Under the pieces are notes generated by a model that saw only the letters and a program-made list of their open reading frames with translations, was not told the DNA's origin and did not search any database. Source: Gammaproteobacteria bacterium (GTDB taxonomy: Bacteria; Pseudomonadota; Gammaproteobacteria; HK1). From it: a stretch of 64,000 nt of DNA. Both the position numbers and the translations under genes were made by a program. Positions within the stretch are counted from its first letter, which is position 1; each line of letters opens with the position of its first letter. This document shows positions 39,090 through 48,372 of this stretch, in pieces. The DNA lies in the NCBI GenBank assembly GCA_965204915.1, contig OZ242023.1:1138840-1202839 (forward strand), in the 5' to 3' direction.

Positions 39090-41644
39090 GCGGCGCCACG
39101 AGCGGGACGAGCAGCACGACGAGCAGCGCGACCGGCGCCACGAGAACGATGACCGACGCCACCACCGAATCCCCTTCGCGGCCCAACGTTCGGTTCCGGC
39201 AGGTGGGCCGGCCGCTCACCCGCACCGACGCGCCCGGCAAGGTGGCCGGCCGCACTCCCTACGCCGGCGACTACACGATGCCGAACATGCTGCACATGCG
39301 CGTGGTCCGGGCGGACGTGGCCAGCGCCCGGCTCGTGCGCCTCGACGTCTCGAAGGCGCGGGCGCTCGAAGGGGTCGCCTGCGTGCTCACCGCCGAAGAC
39401 CTCCCCGACCGCACCGCGTCCACCGACATTCCGGGCCAGGTCGGCCGCAAGCGCCTCGACACCGGCCAGCAGATCCTGGTCAGGGAGCGGGTGCGGTACT
39501 TCGGGGAGCCGCTGGCCCTCATCGCGGCGGAGACCCGCGACGCCGCGGACCACGCCCTGGAGCGGGTGGAGGTCGAGCTGGAGCCCGTTCCCGGCGTCTA
39601 CGATCCGATGGAGGCGATGCAGCCCGGCGCCCCCGTCGTCACCGAGCCCGACAACGTCGTCGCGGAGCGCAGGATCAGGAAGGGCGACGTGGAGGCGGGC
39701 TTCGCCGAGGCCGACGTCATCGTCGAGAACACCTTCCGGACCCCGTTCCAGGAGCACGCCTTCCTCGAGCCCGAGGTGGGGCTCGCCTGGATCGACGAGA
39801 ACGACGTGGTCAACATCCGCGTCTCCACCCAGGTGATCGAGCACTTCCGGCCCATCGCCGACGCCATCGGGGCGCCCCACAACAAGGTCCGCATCCGCGG
39901 CGCCCTGGTCGGCGGCGGCTTCGGCGGCAAGGAGGATCTGACCGTCGAGGTCTACCTGGCCCTGCTCGCGAAGCGCACGGGCCGGCCGGTGCGCCTCGAA
40001 TACTCCCGCGAGGACTCCTTCGTGGGCCACGGCAAGCGCCATCCCTTCGTGCTGACGTATCGCACCGGGGTCACCCGGGACGGCAGGATCACCGCGCTGG
40101 ACGTGCGCATGGTGGCCGATTCGGGGGCCTACGTGTTCCTGAGCCCCTACGTGCTGCTCTACGCGCTGGTGGCCGCCCCCGGCCCCTACCGGATCGACAA
40201 TCTCAACGTCTTCGCCCGCGCGGTGGCCACGAACAACATGTTCACCAGCGCCTTCCGGGGCTTCGGCGCCCTGCAGGCCTGCGCCGCCTACGAGCAGCAG
40301 ATGGACGAGGTGGCGAAGGCGATCGGGCTCGACCGCATGGAGCTGCGGCGGCGCAACTTCCTGAAGACCGGCGAGCCGATGTCGACGGGCTTCGTGCCCC
40401 CGAGCGCGATCTGGACGGACCGCTGCGCGGAACGGGCCTGGGCCGCGCTCGGGGAGCGAGCAGGCGCCGAGCGCGGCCTCGGGGAGCGTGCGCCCGGGGA
40501 GCGAGCAGGCGCCGAGCGCGGCCTCGGGGAGCGTGCGCCCGGGGAGCGAGCAGGTGCCGAGCGCGGCTTCGGGGAGCGCGCGCCCGGCGAGCACGGCGGC
40601 CCCGCCGAGGGTGCCTCCGCCCGGGGGCCGATCCGCATCGGCCGCGGCATCGCCTGCTACCAGCAGAGCTACGGCCGGCTCACCTTCCTGCACGACACCT
40701 CGGAGGCCTGGGTCGGGGTCGAGATGGACGGCACCGTGATCGTGCGTTCCGGGGTCACCGACATCGGCGCCGGGCAGGTGTCGGCGCTGGGCCAGATCGC
40801 GGCGGAGGCGCTCGGCGTCACCCTCGACAACGTGGTGGTCTACAACAGCGACTCGGCGGTGACCCCGCTCGCCGGCACCACCACCGCGACCCGCGCGCTG
40901 TACATGACCGGCAACGCGGTGAAGCAGGCGGCGGAGGCGGTCCGGGCGCGGCTCGCGGAACGGGCGGCGAAGGAGCTCGGCGTGGCCCCGGGCGAGGTCG
41001 ACATAGGCTTCAACGAGGTCTTCGTGGCCGATCGCCCGGAGCGGTCCATGCCCCTGGTCGATCTGGTCCGGATCTGCGGTTCGGAGGGGATCCACCGCTC
41101 CGAGCTCGCCATGTTCCGCGCCCCCTTCACCGACTCCCTCGACCCGGAGACCGGCCAGGGCCAGGCCCATCCCGACTACGCCTACGGCGCGCACGCGGTC
41201 GAGGTGGCGGTGGACGTCGAGACCGGCGAGGTGGAGGTCCTGAAGAGTGTCGCCGCCCACGACGTCGGGCAGTGTATCAATCCGGCCGCGGTGGAGGGCC
41301 AGATCCAGGGCGGCGCCCAGAACGGCCAGGGCTACGCGCTCAGCGAGGAGATGCTCTACGAGGAGGGGCGGCTGATCACCCCGTCGTTCAGCGAGTACCT
41401 GATGCCCACGGCCATGGACATGCCGAAGGTGGAGTGCATCATCCTCGAATCCCGCAGCGGCGTCGGCCCCTACGGCGCCAAGGGCATCGGCGAGCCGGCG
41501 ATGACCCCGGTGGCGCCGGCCATCGCCAACGCCGTCGCCGACGCGATCGGGGTGCGGGTGTTCGAGCTGCCGATCACGCCGGAGCGCATCGTGAAGGCGT
41601 TGCAGCAGCGCGGCGGGACCGGGCGGGATGATCCACCGGCATGA
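39086..41644 (+). CDS. Xanthine dehydrogenase family molybdopterin-binding subunit (substrate unknown)
   Basis: QEHAFLEPE, GGGFGGK, AFRGFGALQ, HDVGQCINP..VEGQIQGG, GAKGIGEP; 45-bp repeat x3 at 40451-40592. Confidence 0.93.
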   Translation: MSGATSGTSSTTSSATGATRTMTDATTESPSRPNVRFRQVGRPLTRTDAPGKVAGRTPYAGDYTMPNMLHMRVVRADVASARLVRLDVSKARALEGVACVLTAEDLPDRTASTDIPGQVGRKRLDTGQQILVRERVRYFGEPLALIAAETRDAADHALERVEVELEPVPGVYDPMEAMQPGAPVVTEPDNVVAERRIRKGDVEAGFAEADVIVENTFRTPFQEHAFLEPEVGLAWIDENDVVNIRVSTQVIEHFRPIADAIGAPHNKVRIRGALVGGGFGGKEDLTVEVYLALLAKRTGRPVRLEYSREDSFVGHGKRHPFVLTYRTGVTRDGRITALDVRMVADSGAYVFLSPYVLLYALVAAPGPYRIDNLNVFARAVATNNMFTSAFRGFGALQACAAYEQQMDEVAKAIGLDRMELRRRNFLKTGEPMSTGFVPPSAIWTDRCAERAWAALGERAGAERGLGERAPGERAGAERGLGERAPGERAGAERGFGERAPGEHGGPAEGASARGPIRIGRGIACYQQSYGRLTFLHDTSEAWVGVEMDGTVIVRSGVTDIGAGQVSALGQIAAEALGVTLDNVVVYNSDSAVTPLAGTTTATRALYMTGNAVKQAAEAVRARLAERAAKELGVAPGEVDIGFNEVFVADRPERSMPLVDLVRICGSEGIHRSELAMFRAPFTDSLDPETGQGQAHPDYAYGAHAVEVAVDVETGEVEVLKSVAAHDVGQCINPAAVEGQIQGGAQNGQGYALSEEMLYEEGRLITPSFSEYLMPTAMDMPKVECIILESRSGVGPYGAKGIGEPAMTPVAPAIANAVADAIGVRVFELPITPERIVKALQQRGGTGRDDPPA

Positions 41645-41767
41645 GCGGCGCCGAGGCCGTGACCGGGGGTCCGGGGCCGTGACCGGGGGACCCTGGCCCC
41701 GGACTGGATCCGGCCCCGGTTCCGGGGGACCGGGGGCGCAGCCTCGGCCCTGGTCGAGACCTGCATT

Positions 41768-41943
41768 CTCAAGTTGCGGGATTCAGAATACCTTGAATCA
41801 GGCGATGGATTCCCGCTACCCGCTTTCGCGGGCACAAGCTTCGTGGGAATGACGTCATTTCAGCGAGACACGTTACCTTTACGCTGGGCGTCATTCCCGC
41901 GAAAGCGGGAATCCATTTCGGTCAGCGAATCCCGAAACTTGAG
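41768..41943. mobile_element. MITE copy 2 (176 bp)
   Basis: Left CTCAAGTTGCGGGATTC, right GAATCCCGAAACTTGAG; flanks CTGCATT / CTACATT (6 of 7 match); body matches 11826-11994. Confidence 0.8.
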
Positions 41944-42181
41944 CTACATTCACTACTACCCGGATGGTGAATGGCCATGACCGGGGGTCCGGTGCTCCGG
42001 CCCCGGACCCGGCTTCGGTTCCGGGGGTGATGCGGGCCGGCTGGCGTGCTCCGAGCCGATGCCCGCGGATCGTCATCGTCGCCGTCTTGCCGGGTGGGTG
42101 GAGACGCGGCGGAATCCGGCCGGCGACGGCCATACCGGAGGCCGGCGGAGCGGCCTCGCCAATCCACAGAGAGGGAAGACC

Positions 42182-43219
42182 ATGAACGGACATCTGAAGC
42201 TGGGGGCCGTGGTCGTCGCGCTGGCGTTCGCGGCCGGTGCGGCGCAGGCCGCGGGGAAGCTCTCGATCTACCACTGGTTCGAGTACATCCCGCAGGAGCT
42301 GCTCGACAAGTTCTCCGCCGAGCACGGGGTCGAGGTGACCATGGACACCTACGATTCCAACGAGGCGATGCTGGCCTCGCTCAAGGCGGGCAAGCTCGGC
42401 GCCTACGACGTGGCGGTGCCGGGCGACTACATGGTCGAGATCATGGCCGGCGAGGGGATCCTCGACGAGGTCGCGCCCGGCGAGCTCGCCAACATCGGCA
42501 ACGTCGAGCCGCAGTGGATGGACGTGCCCTTCGATCGGGGCCGCAAGCACTCGATCCCCTACCAGTGGGGCTCGACCAGCTTCTCGGTGAACCGCGACGT
42601 CTACACCGGCGACATCGACACCACCGGCATCATCTTCGACCCGCCCGAGGAGTTGCGAGGAAAGATCAACGTGCTCGACAGCCAGGGCGAGGTCATGCTG
42701 ATGGCGTCGCTGCATCTCGGCATCCCGCAGTGCACGACCGACCGCGAGCAACTGAAGGCGCTCGACGCGCTGCTGCAGGATGCGAAGCGGCACTGGGCCT
42801 CGTTCGGCTCGGACATCGCCAAGGACGTCCTGGTCTCCGGCGACGCGGCGGCAGGGATGATCTACAACGGCTTCTCCGCCAAGGGCCGCGCGGAAGGCGC
42901 GAACATCGAGTACGCCTACCCGAAAGAGGGCTACGTGGTGTGGATGGACAACGTCGTCCTCCTGGAGGACGCCCCCAACCGCGCGAACGCCATCAAGTTC
43001 ATGGACTTCCTGCTGGAGCCGGAGAACATCGCGGCGGTGACCAACTACGCGCGCTACGCGGCGGGGGTGAAGGGAGTCACCGATCTGCTGGACGAGGAGC
43101 TGAAGACCTCGCCCGAGTCCGTGCCTCCGGCGGACGCCCCGCCGGGCACCTTCATCGCGGTGTGCGACCAGGAGACCCAGGAGGTCTACGACGCGATCTG
43201 GACGCGGCTGAAGAAGTAG
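42182..43219 (+). CDS. PotD/PotF-like polyamine ABC substrate-binding protein (orphan)
   Basis: IYHWFEYIPQELL, YDSNEAM, YDVAVPGDY, PYQWG, YPKEGYVVWMDN. Confidence 0.92.
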   Translation: MNGHLKLGAVVVALAFAAGAAQAAGKLSIYHWFEYIPQELLDKFSAEHGVEVTMDTYDSNEAMLASLKAGKLGAYDVAVPGDYMVEIMAGEGILDEVAPGELANIGNVEPQWMDVPFDRGRKHSIPYQWGSTSFSVNRDVYTGDIDTTGIIFDPPEELRGKINVLDSQGEVMLMASLHLGIPQCTTDREQLKALDALLQDAKRHWASFGSDIAKDVLVSGDAAAGMIYNGFSAKGRAEGANIEYAYPKEGYVVWMDNVVLLEDAPNRANAIKFMDFLLEPENIAAVTNYARYAAGVKGVTDLLDEELKTSPESVPPADAPPGTFIAVCDQETQEVYDAIWTRLKK

Positions 43220-43273
43220 GGCGTCCGAAAGGAGGCTGGCCGCCTGAAGAAGCGGGCCGTCCCCGGCCTCGTC

Positions 43274-43462
43274 ATGGAGTTCCGGCAGAGAGAGCCCCGG
43301 GGGCGCCCGCGCCCCGGGGCTTTCGGTCTGCGAAGTCGAAGGGCGCGGACCGCCGTTCCGGACCCGGCGGACCGCCCGGTCACCGTCGAAGTGGAGGACG
43401 AAGCCTTCCGCCACGTCTCCGCGCGCAAGGCAACCCCGCCGGGAGCGGATCGAGCACGTAGC
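43274..43462 (+). pseudogene. Degenerate BrnT-like toxin remnant
   Basis: VEVEDEAFRHVSARKATP resembles the BrnT C-terminal RIISARxAT; frameshifted tail; N-terminus unrecognisable. Confidence 0.55.
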
Positions 43463-43470
43463 TTGAAGCG

Positions 43471-43740
43471 TTGAAGAAGCGTCTGGACAAGCGCCGCCCG
43501 ACGACCGCGATCTCCATGCGCTTTCCGGCGGACGTCATCGAGGACCTGAAGCGGGTGGCGCTCCTGCGGGGCTTTACCGGCTGTCAACCCCTGATCCGCG
43601 CCTACGTGGGCCAGGGGCTTCGCGAGGATCTGGAGCAGCTTGAAGAGGACCCGGTGACCGTCCTGGTGGAGAGCCTGAAACGCCGGGGGGTGAGCGAGAC
43701 CGTCATCGAGGAGGCGCTTACCGAGGCCGCCCGGAAGTGA
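43471..43740 (+). CDS. CopG/RHH-type antitoxin; original start appears mutated
   Basis: KKRLDKRRP..ISMRFPADVIEDLKRVA..GF.G.QPLIRAYVGQGLREDLE; upstream ACGTAGCTTGAAGCG looks like decayed ATGAAGCTTGAAGCG. Confidence 0.7.
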   Translation: MKKRLDKRRPTTAISMRFPADVIEDLKRVALLRGFTGCQPLIRAYVGQGLREDLEQLEEDPVTVLVESLKRRGVSETVIEEALTEAARK

Positions 43741-43854
43741 CCGGCGAACGGCCCGGACTCCATCGCTTATCGGCCGAAATCGGGCTGATGAGGGCTATAT
43801 GACCCGAGTTCCAGCATTCTCGTGGGACCTTGCATGGGGCATGGAGGGAGACCC

Positions 43855-44622
43855 ATGACAATTCAGTCGGACGTGGCCCTGTACTTTGCACGACAGATGC
43901 GGGGAGCACGTGCGCAGGTCCAGGCGGACGCGGAAGGGTACGTGGCGGTCGCCATCGCCGTTGAGCAGCTTGCGGCGGCGCTGGGCGCCAAGGGCGGGGC
44001 ATGTGCGGCTTGGAAAGTCATCGTTGACACCCTTTCCCTCGATGGTGACTGGACCGGGGACGGCGGAGCGCCGTCCCTCGGCTCCGCCTACTACCGGGTA
44101 CGCCGTGCGCGCAACATCGCCGTCCATGAAGGCGCCATGTCGCGTGCCGTGGCGACGCACGCCATCGATCTCACCATAGGACTGGAGGTTGCCTTGATGA
44201 ATGCTGTGGACACTGACGCTGCGCACGCCTGGATGGTGCCCGATCCCACTGTCGCACATCCCTGGATGACCGTTGCACAAGTGCGCAGCGCGCTCCTTGC
44301 AGGCGGGTTCAGCGCCCTTCCTATCTGGTGGAAGGAGGCTTGTGCTTGGCACCTCGTCCGAGACGTCGACGTAGTCGCCTATCTGGCATATGGCGGCAGT
44401 GTGAGGAAGCTGGAGCGGAAACGGGTCGAGGATGTCGCTCGCGCAGACGGTGGCGCCACACTGCAAATCCATCGGGCCCCGCTCGTCGTCCGACCAAACA
44501 AGTGCGTACAGGCATTGAAGGGAACCTATTGGGAGTCCGGGTGGCCGGCGCTCGTTGTCTCCGACCAGGACTCCGCGTGTTTGGTGGGTATCCTCACGCC
44601 GCACGACTTGCTGACCAAGTGA
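43855..44622 (+). CDS. HEPN-like (RxxxxH) domain fused to a CBS pair, copy 1
   Basis: Helical N-domain with VEQL and RNIAVH (44110-44127); CBS1 MVPDPTVAHPWMTVAQVRSALLAGGFSALPI; CBS2 LVGILTPHDLL; GGAGG RBS. Confidence 0.72.
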   Translation: MTIQSDVALYFARQMRGARAQVQADAEGYVAVAIAVEQLAAALGAKGGACAAWKVIVDTLSLDGDWTGDGGAPSLGSAYYRVRRARNIAVHEGAMSRAVATHAIDLTIGLEVALMNAVDTDAAHAWMVPDPTVAHPWMTVAQVRSALLAGGFSALPIWWKEACAWHLVRDVDVVAYLAYGGSVRKLERKRVEDVARADGGATLQIHRAPLVVRPNKCVQALKGTYWESGWPALVVSDQDSACLVGILTPHDLLTK

Positions 44623-44689
44623 CGGCATGATGACGAATTCCGCGCTGGATCGACCTCCCAGGAGCCAACGAACTCGGGGGAGTAGCAGA

Positions 44690-47416
44690 GTGAAGCTGAA
44701 AGCAGCAGTGGTTGCGGTGGTAGCCATAGGTGCCAGTGGAACAGGAGTAACTGAGACGGGCGGCCGTTGGTCAGTCGCAGAGATGCGCCAAGACGGGCGA
44801 TCCGGCGTGGTCGCCTCCTCACCACCCGTCAAGGGCGCTACGCTGAGCGTCGCCTGCTCAAGCCTGGATACCGACAGGGAGGAGCTGTCGATTGCCCTTG
44901 CCAACGTGTCGCCTCCAGCAGGCAGGTCGCATGCCGAGGACGCAATGTTATTGTGGAGGAAGGGTGGCCGCCTTGAGGGGTTTCTCTTTGCCCGTGCCCG
45001 GAGGCTTGGGGAAGGATCATACCAAGCCTTCCGCGACCACCGGAACGCCTACAATGCATGGGTCTTCGACTCCGTGCTGGATGCCATCATTGAAGGGAGG
45101 GCCATTGATGTCGGAGTGGATGTCTTCGGGGAGCTGTATCGTTGGGATGTGTCCTATTCGTTCCCGTTGGACGGGTCCGCCGTTGCGGTTCGGGAGGTCA
45201 TACGAGCCTGTGAGCACGTTCAACAGAGCGGGGCGCAGGATGTCAACGGCTCCTCCGCAGGGCGGCCTGCAGTAAAATCAGCGGGAAGGCACGCCCGGTT
45301 CGGGCCGTGTGCAATGCCGCGGCAGCGCATATCGGAAGCTGACGAAGAAGCGGCATCATGGTTGGACCCCGCGGCTTTGCACCGCCAGAGCATAGCGCGG
45401 TGGCAAAGCAGCGTGTGTGACGAACCGGACGGGCTGTCCAAACTGTTCTCGGATGGAGGTCCCCCTTTTGTACTACCGGGCCTAGCGACAGCCAGCGCCT
45501 TGGAGCACGGGCCATCACAAGCACTAATCCGAGATGCGTATGGAGCACTGCATGCCGACGGAGACCTGTCGCACTTAGATGACGCCGATGCCAAGGGAGT
45601 GTTCGAGACGGCTTACTTCGAGAACAACGCGGACGCTCAATACCGTTTGGGGAGGTGGTACCAGAAAGACGAAACCAAGCCAGGGGACCTCAGTAGCCTA
45701 AGCCAGTTCTGGTGGCAGCAGGCAGCTATACAGGGGCATCCCAACGCACAAGCGTGGCTCGGGCGGTCGCTCGCAGGCATCACTTTGACCGGTGGAACAT
45801 CATGCGCACGGGCGAAGAATTGCTATGGGGGGGATAATGGGAGATACAGGGAGATACACGCCAAGGGGTGGGAGTGGATTGAGCGGGCGGCAGCCCAAGA
45901 AAGCCCCTTTGCCGTCTTCGACCTGGGCGTCCGTCTCATCCTGCCTGAGTGGTCCGACTCCATGGGGCGCGTCCGCAACCACGCGGGGGCGGCATACGAC
46001 AGCCCGGCGGCGGTCCGCGATGCGTTGCGCGGGGTCGGCATGCTTCGGCAAGCGGTGCCGAAGATCGAGGGTCACGATGGCGCTCGGTATGCCTTGAGCT
46101 TGGCCCACCTGCTTGCCTGGAACCTAGCCTACTTGGGGCACCCTCCGGATTACAGTGCCACGGACGAAACCCCTTTCGAACATCGCTTACTCTGGGATGC
46201 GTTTCGGAGGCTCACGAAGGACGGTCCTCCTCCCCTGCGTGTCGCCGACCAGCTCCGGCCGGTTCGCGAGGCCGTCCACGACCCGGATGAGGCTTTGGAG
46301 TGGTACCGTTACGCTGGCTCCCGTGGTGATGTCCAGATTTGGAAGGAGGTGTCGAGCGCCCTCTACGGGGATTGGGAGAGGGTGTGGCATGCCGGCACGG
46401 TTCCCGGTTCGTTCCGTGGATACCAGAACCATCGGGAAGCGACCCGCTGGTTACGAGCCGCTGCGCTACAAGGTGACCTGTGGTCCCAAGTCCATCTTGG
46501 ACGACGGTACGCCGACGGGATCGGAGTCCCGAAAGACAACGTGCAGAAGTACGCGTGGTGGAACATCGCAGCTACCGCCTCCGTTTCACCCGATAATTTT
46601 CCTCGGTTCGCGGAACCCGAGTTCGCAGACTTCCTGTCCTTCCTCCGGAAGAACCTGGAGTTCGACTTCGGCGTCTCGCGTTCCGAGGCGGTGCAGGGCC
46701 AAGCCTTGGCCCGCGAGCTGTACGCGCGCATGTCTGCAGATACCGAACGCCCTCCGCAGACGAAGACCGCAAGCCAGGGGACCGGCATCCTGTTTGCGGT
46801 GGGCACTGCGGTGGTGACCAACCACCATGTGGTGGAAGGGTGCCCGCAGGTCGCCGTCGCCCGCGACGGGCAGGTGCGCAGCGCGATCGTCTCGGGGAAG
46901 GATGACGGCAATGACCTCGCCTTGCTCGAGCTCGAACGTCCATTGCGCGGCGGCGACGCCCACCTCCGCCCCCGCTCCAAGGTCTCTGTAGGGGAGCGCG
47001 CCGTGGTCGCCGGCTTCCCGTTTACGAGCGGCGACGGGTTCACCGTGACCACCGGGAACATCAGCGCCACACGTGGCCCCGCGGGGCGTACCGGGCTGTT
47101 CCAATTCACCGCGCCCATTCAGCAGGGGAACAGCGGCGGCCCCGTTATCGGAGACGATGGGGCGATCCTCGGGGTCGTCGTCTCGAAGCTCGACGCGATA
47201 GCCGTTGCTGCGGCCACCGGCGACCTTCCCCAGAACGTCAACTACGCTGTCCATGGGGCGGTCCTCCGTACGTTCCTCGACCTCAATGGCGTGGACTACC
47301 GGGCTCTGGCACGGTCTGGCCAGCGGTCCGATGCGGAGCTTGCGGATGAGGCCCGCCGGTTCACGGTGCTGGTGACCTGCACGCCGGATACGCAGCCATC
47401 CGGGACGGATCCATGA
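44690..47416 (+). CDS. Secreted Sel1-repeat protein with a C-terminal trypsin-like (S1C-type) serine protease
   Basis: Hydrophobic N-terminus after GTG 44690; Sel1 repeats (AQYRLGRWY, LQGDLWSQVHLGRRYADGIGVPKD); triad TNHHV, NDLAL, GNSGGP. Confidence 0.85.
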   Translation: MKLKAAVVAVVAIGASGTGVTETGGRWSVAEMRQDGRSGVVASSPPVKGATLSVACSSLDTDREELSIALANVSPPAGRSHAEDAMLLWRKGGRLEGFLFARARRLGEGSYQAFRDHRNAYNAWVFDSVLDAIIEGRAIDVGVDVFGELYRWDVSYSFPLDGSAVAVREVIRACEHVQQSGAQDVNGSSAGRPAVKSAGRHARFGPCAMPRQRISEADEEAASWLDPAALHRQSIARWQSSVCDEPDGLSKLFSDGGPPFVLPGLATASALEHGPSQALIRDAYGALHADGDLSHLDDADAKGVFETAYFENNADAQYRLGRWYQKDETKPGDLSSLSQFWWQQAAIQGHPNAQAWLGRSLAGITLTGGTSCARAKNCYGGDNGRYREIHAKGWEWIERAAAQESPFAVFDLGVRLILPEWSDSMGRVRNHAGAAYDSPAAVRDALRGVGMLRQAVPKIEGHDGARYALSLAHLLAWNLAYLGHPPDYSATDETPFEHRLLWDAFRRLTKDGPPPLRVADQLRPVREAVHDPDEALEWYRYAGSRGDVQIWKEVSSALYGDWERVWHAGTVPGSFRGYQNHREATRWLRAAALQGDLWSQVHLGRRYADGIGVPKDNVQKYAWWNIAATASVSPDNFPRFAEPEFADFLSFLRKNLEFDFGVSRSEAVQGQALARELYARMSADTERPPQTKTASQGTGILFAVGTAVVTNHHVVEGCPQVAVARDGQVRSAIVSGKDDGNDLALLELERPLRGGDAHLRPRSKVSVGERAVVAGFPFTSGDGFTVTTGNISATRGPAGRTGLFQFTAPIQQGNSGGPVIGDDGAILGVVVSKLDAIAVAAATGDLPQNVNYAVHGAVLRTFLDLNGVDYRALARSGQRSDAELADEARRFTVLVTCTPDTQPSGTDP

Positions 47417-47516
47417 CCGATGGTGAGTGGGATGGATTCTGCATCAGCCGGGTGGGCTACATGACTCCAGCTCCAGTATTCTCGCGGGACCTTGCACGGT
47501 GCATGGAGGAAAACCC

Positions 47517-48302
47517 ATGACAATCCAGCGGGAAGAAGCCGTGTACTTCGCACGGCAGCTCCGCACGGCACGTGCACAGGTCCAGGCGGACGCCGAGGGC
47601 TATGTGGCGGTCGCCATCGCCGTCGAGCAGCTCGCGGCGGCGTGGGGGGCGAAAAAAACCGGAATGGACGCGGCCATGGAGGTGATTGTCAAAGCCCTCT
47701 CTCCTCTCAGTGACGGCTGGGCGCACGGGCACAATGGCTCGCCTTCCCTCAATGCCGTCTGCCACCGCGTGCGCAAGGCGCGCAACGTCGCCGTCCATGA
47801 AGGCGCCATGCCGCGTGCCGTAGCCGCCCATGCCATCGACCTCACCATCGGACTGGAGATTGCCCTGATGACTGATGCCGACACCCACGCTGCACACGCC
47901 TGGATGGTGCCCCATCCCACGGTTGCGCATCCCTGGATGACCGTCGCGCAGGTGCGTGGCGCGCTCCTCGCAGGCGGGTTCAGCGCCCTCCCCATCTGGT
48001 GGGAGGATGCTTGTGCTTGGCGCCTCGTGTGCGACATCGATGTGGTGGCGTATCTGCAGAAGGCCCCAAAAAACATCAAACAGAAACAGGAATGGGAGCG
48101 GAAACGGCTACAGGACGTGGCGGGCACGAAAGACCAAATGCTACCGCTGCATCCGCCTCCGCTCGTCTGCCACCCGGGAGACGATGTGCGAGAGCTGGAT
48201 TTGTCCCTCTTGCGCGGCGGATTGCCTGCCTTGGTGGTCTGTGGAAGTGACTCCGGACGCCTCCTCGGCGTTCTGACGCCGCACGACTTGCTGACCAGAT
48301 AA
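47517..48302 (+). CDS. HEPN-like (RxxxxH) domain fused to a CBS pair, copy 2
   Basis: Paralog of 43855-44622; RNVAVH at 47781-47798; LLGVLTPHDLL; GGAGG RBS. Confidence 0.72.
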   Translation: MTIQREEAVYFARQLRTARAQVQADAEGYVAVAIAVEQLAAAWGAKKTGMDAAMEVIVKALSPLSDGWAHGHNGSPSLNAVCHRVRKARNVAVHEGAMPRAVAAHAIDLTIGLEIALMTDADTHAAHAWMVPHPTVAHPWMTVAQVRGALLAGGFSALPIWWEDACAWRLVCDIDVVAYLQKAPKNIKQKQEWERKRLQDVAGTKDQMLPLHPPPLVCHPGDDVRELDLSLLRGGLPALVVCGSDSGRLLGVLTPHDLLTR

Positions 48303-48372
48303 CGACATGGACACGAATCGCCCGGGCGGCTGCCGGAATCGACCCCGGACCGGACCCGGAGCCCGGATGGCT

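Noticed and set aside
43740-48370. Integron cassette array explaining the repeated HEPN-CBS genes
   Set aside because: No convincing RYYYAAC...GTTRRRY attC structures and no integron integrase
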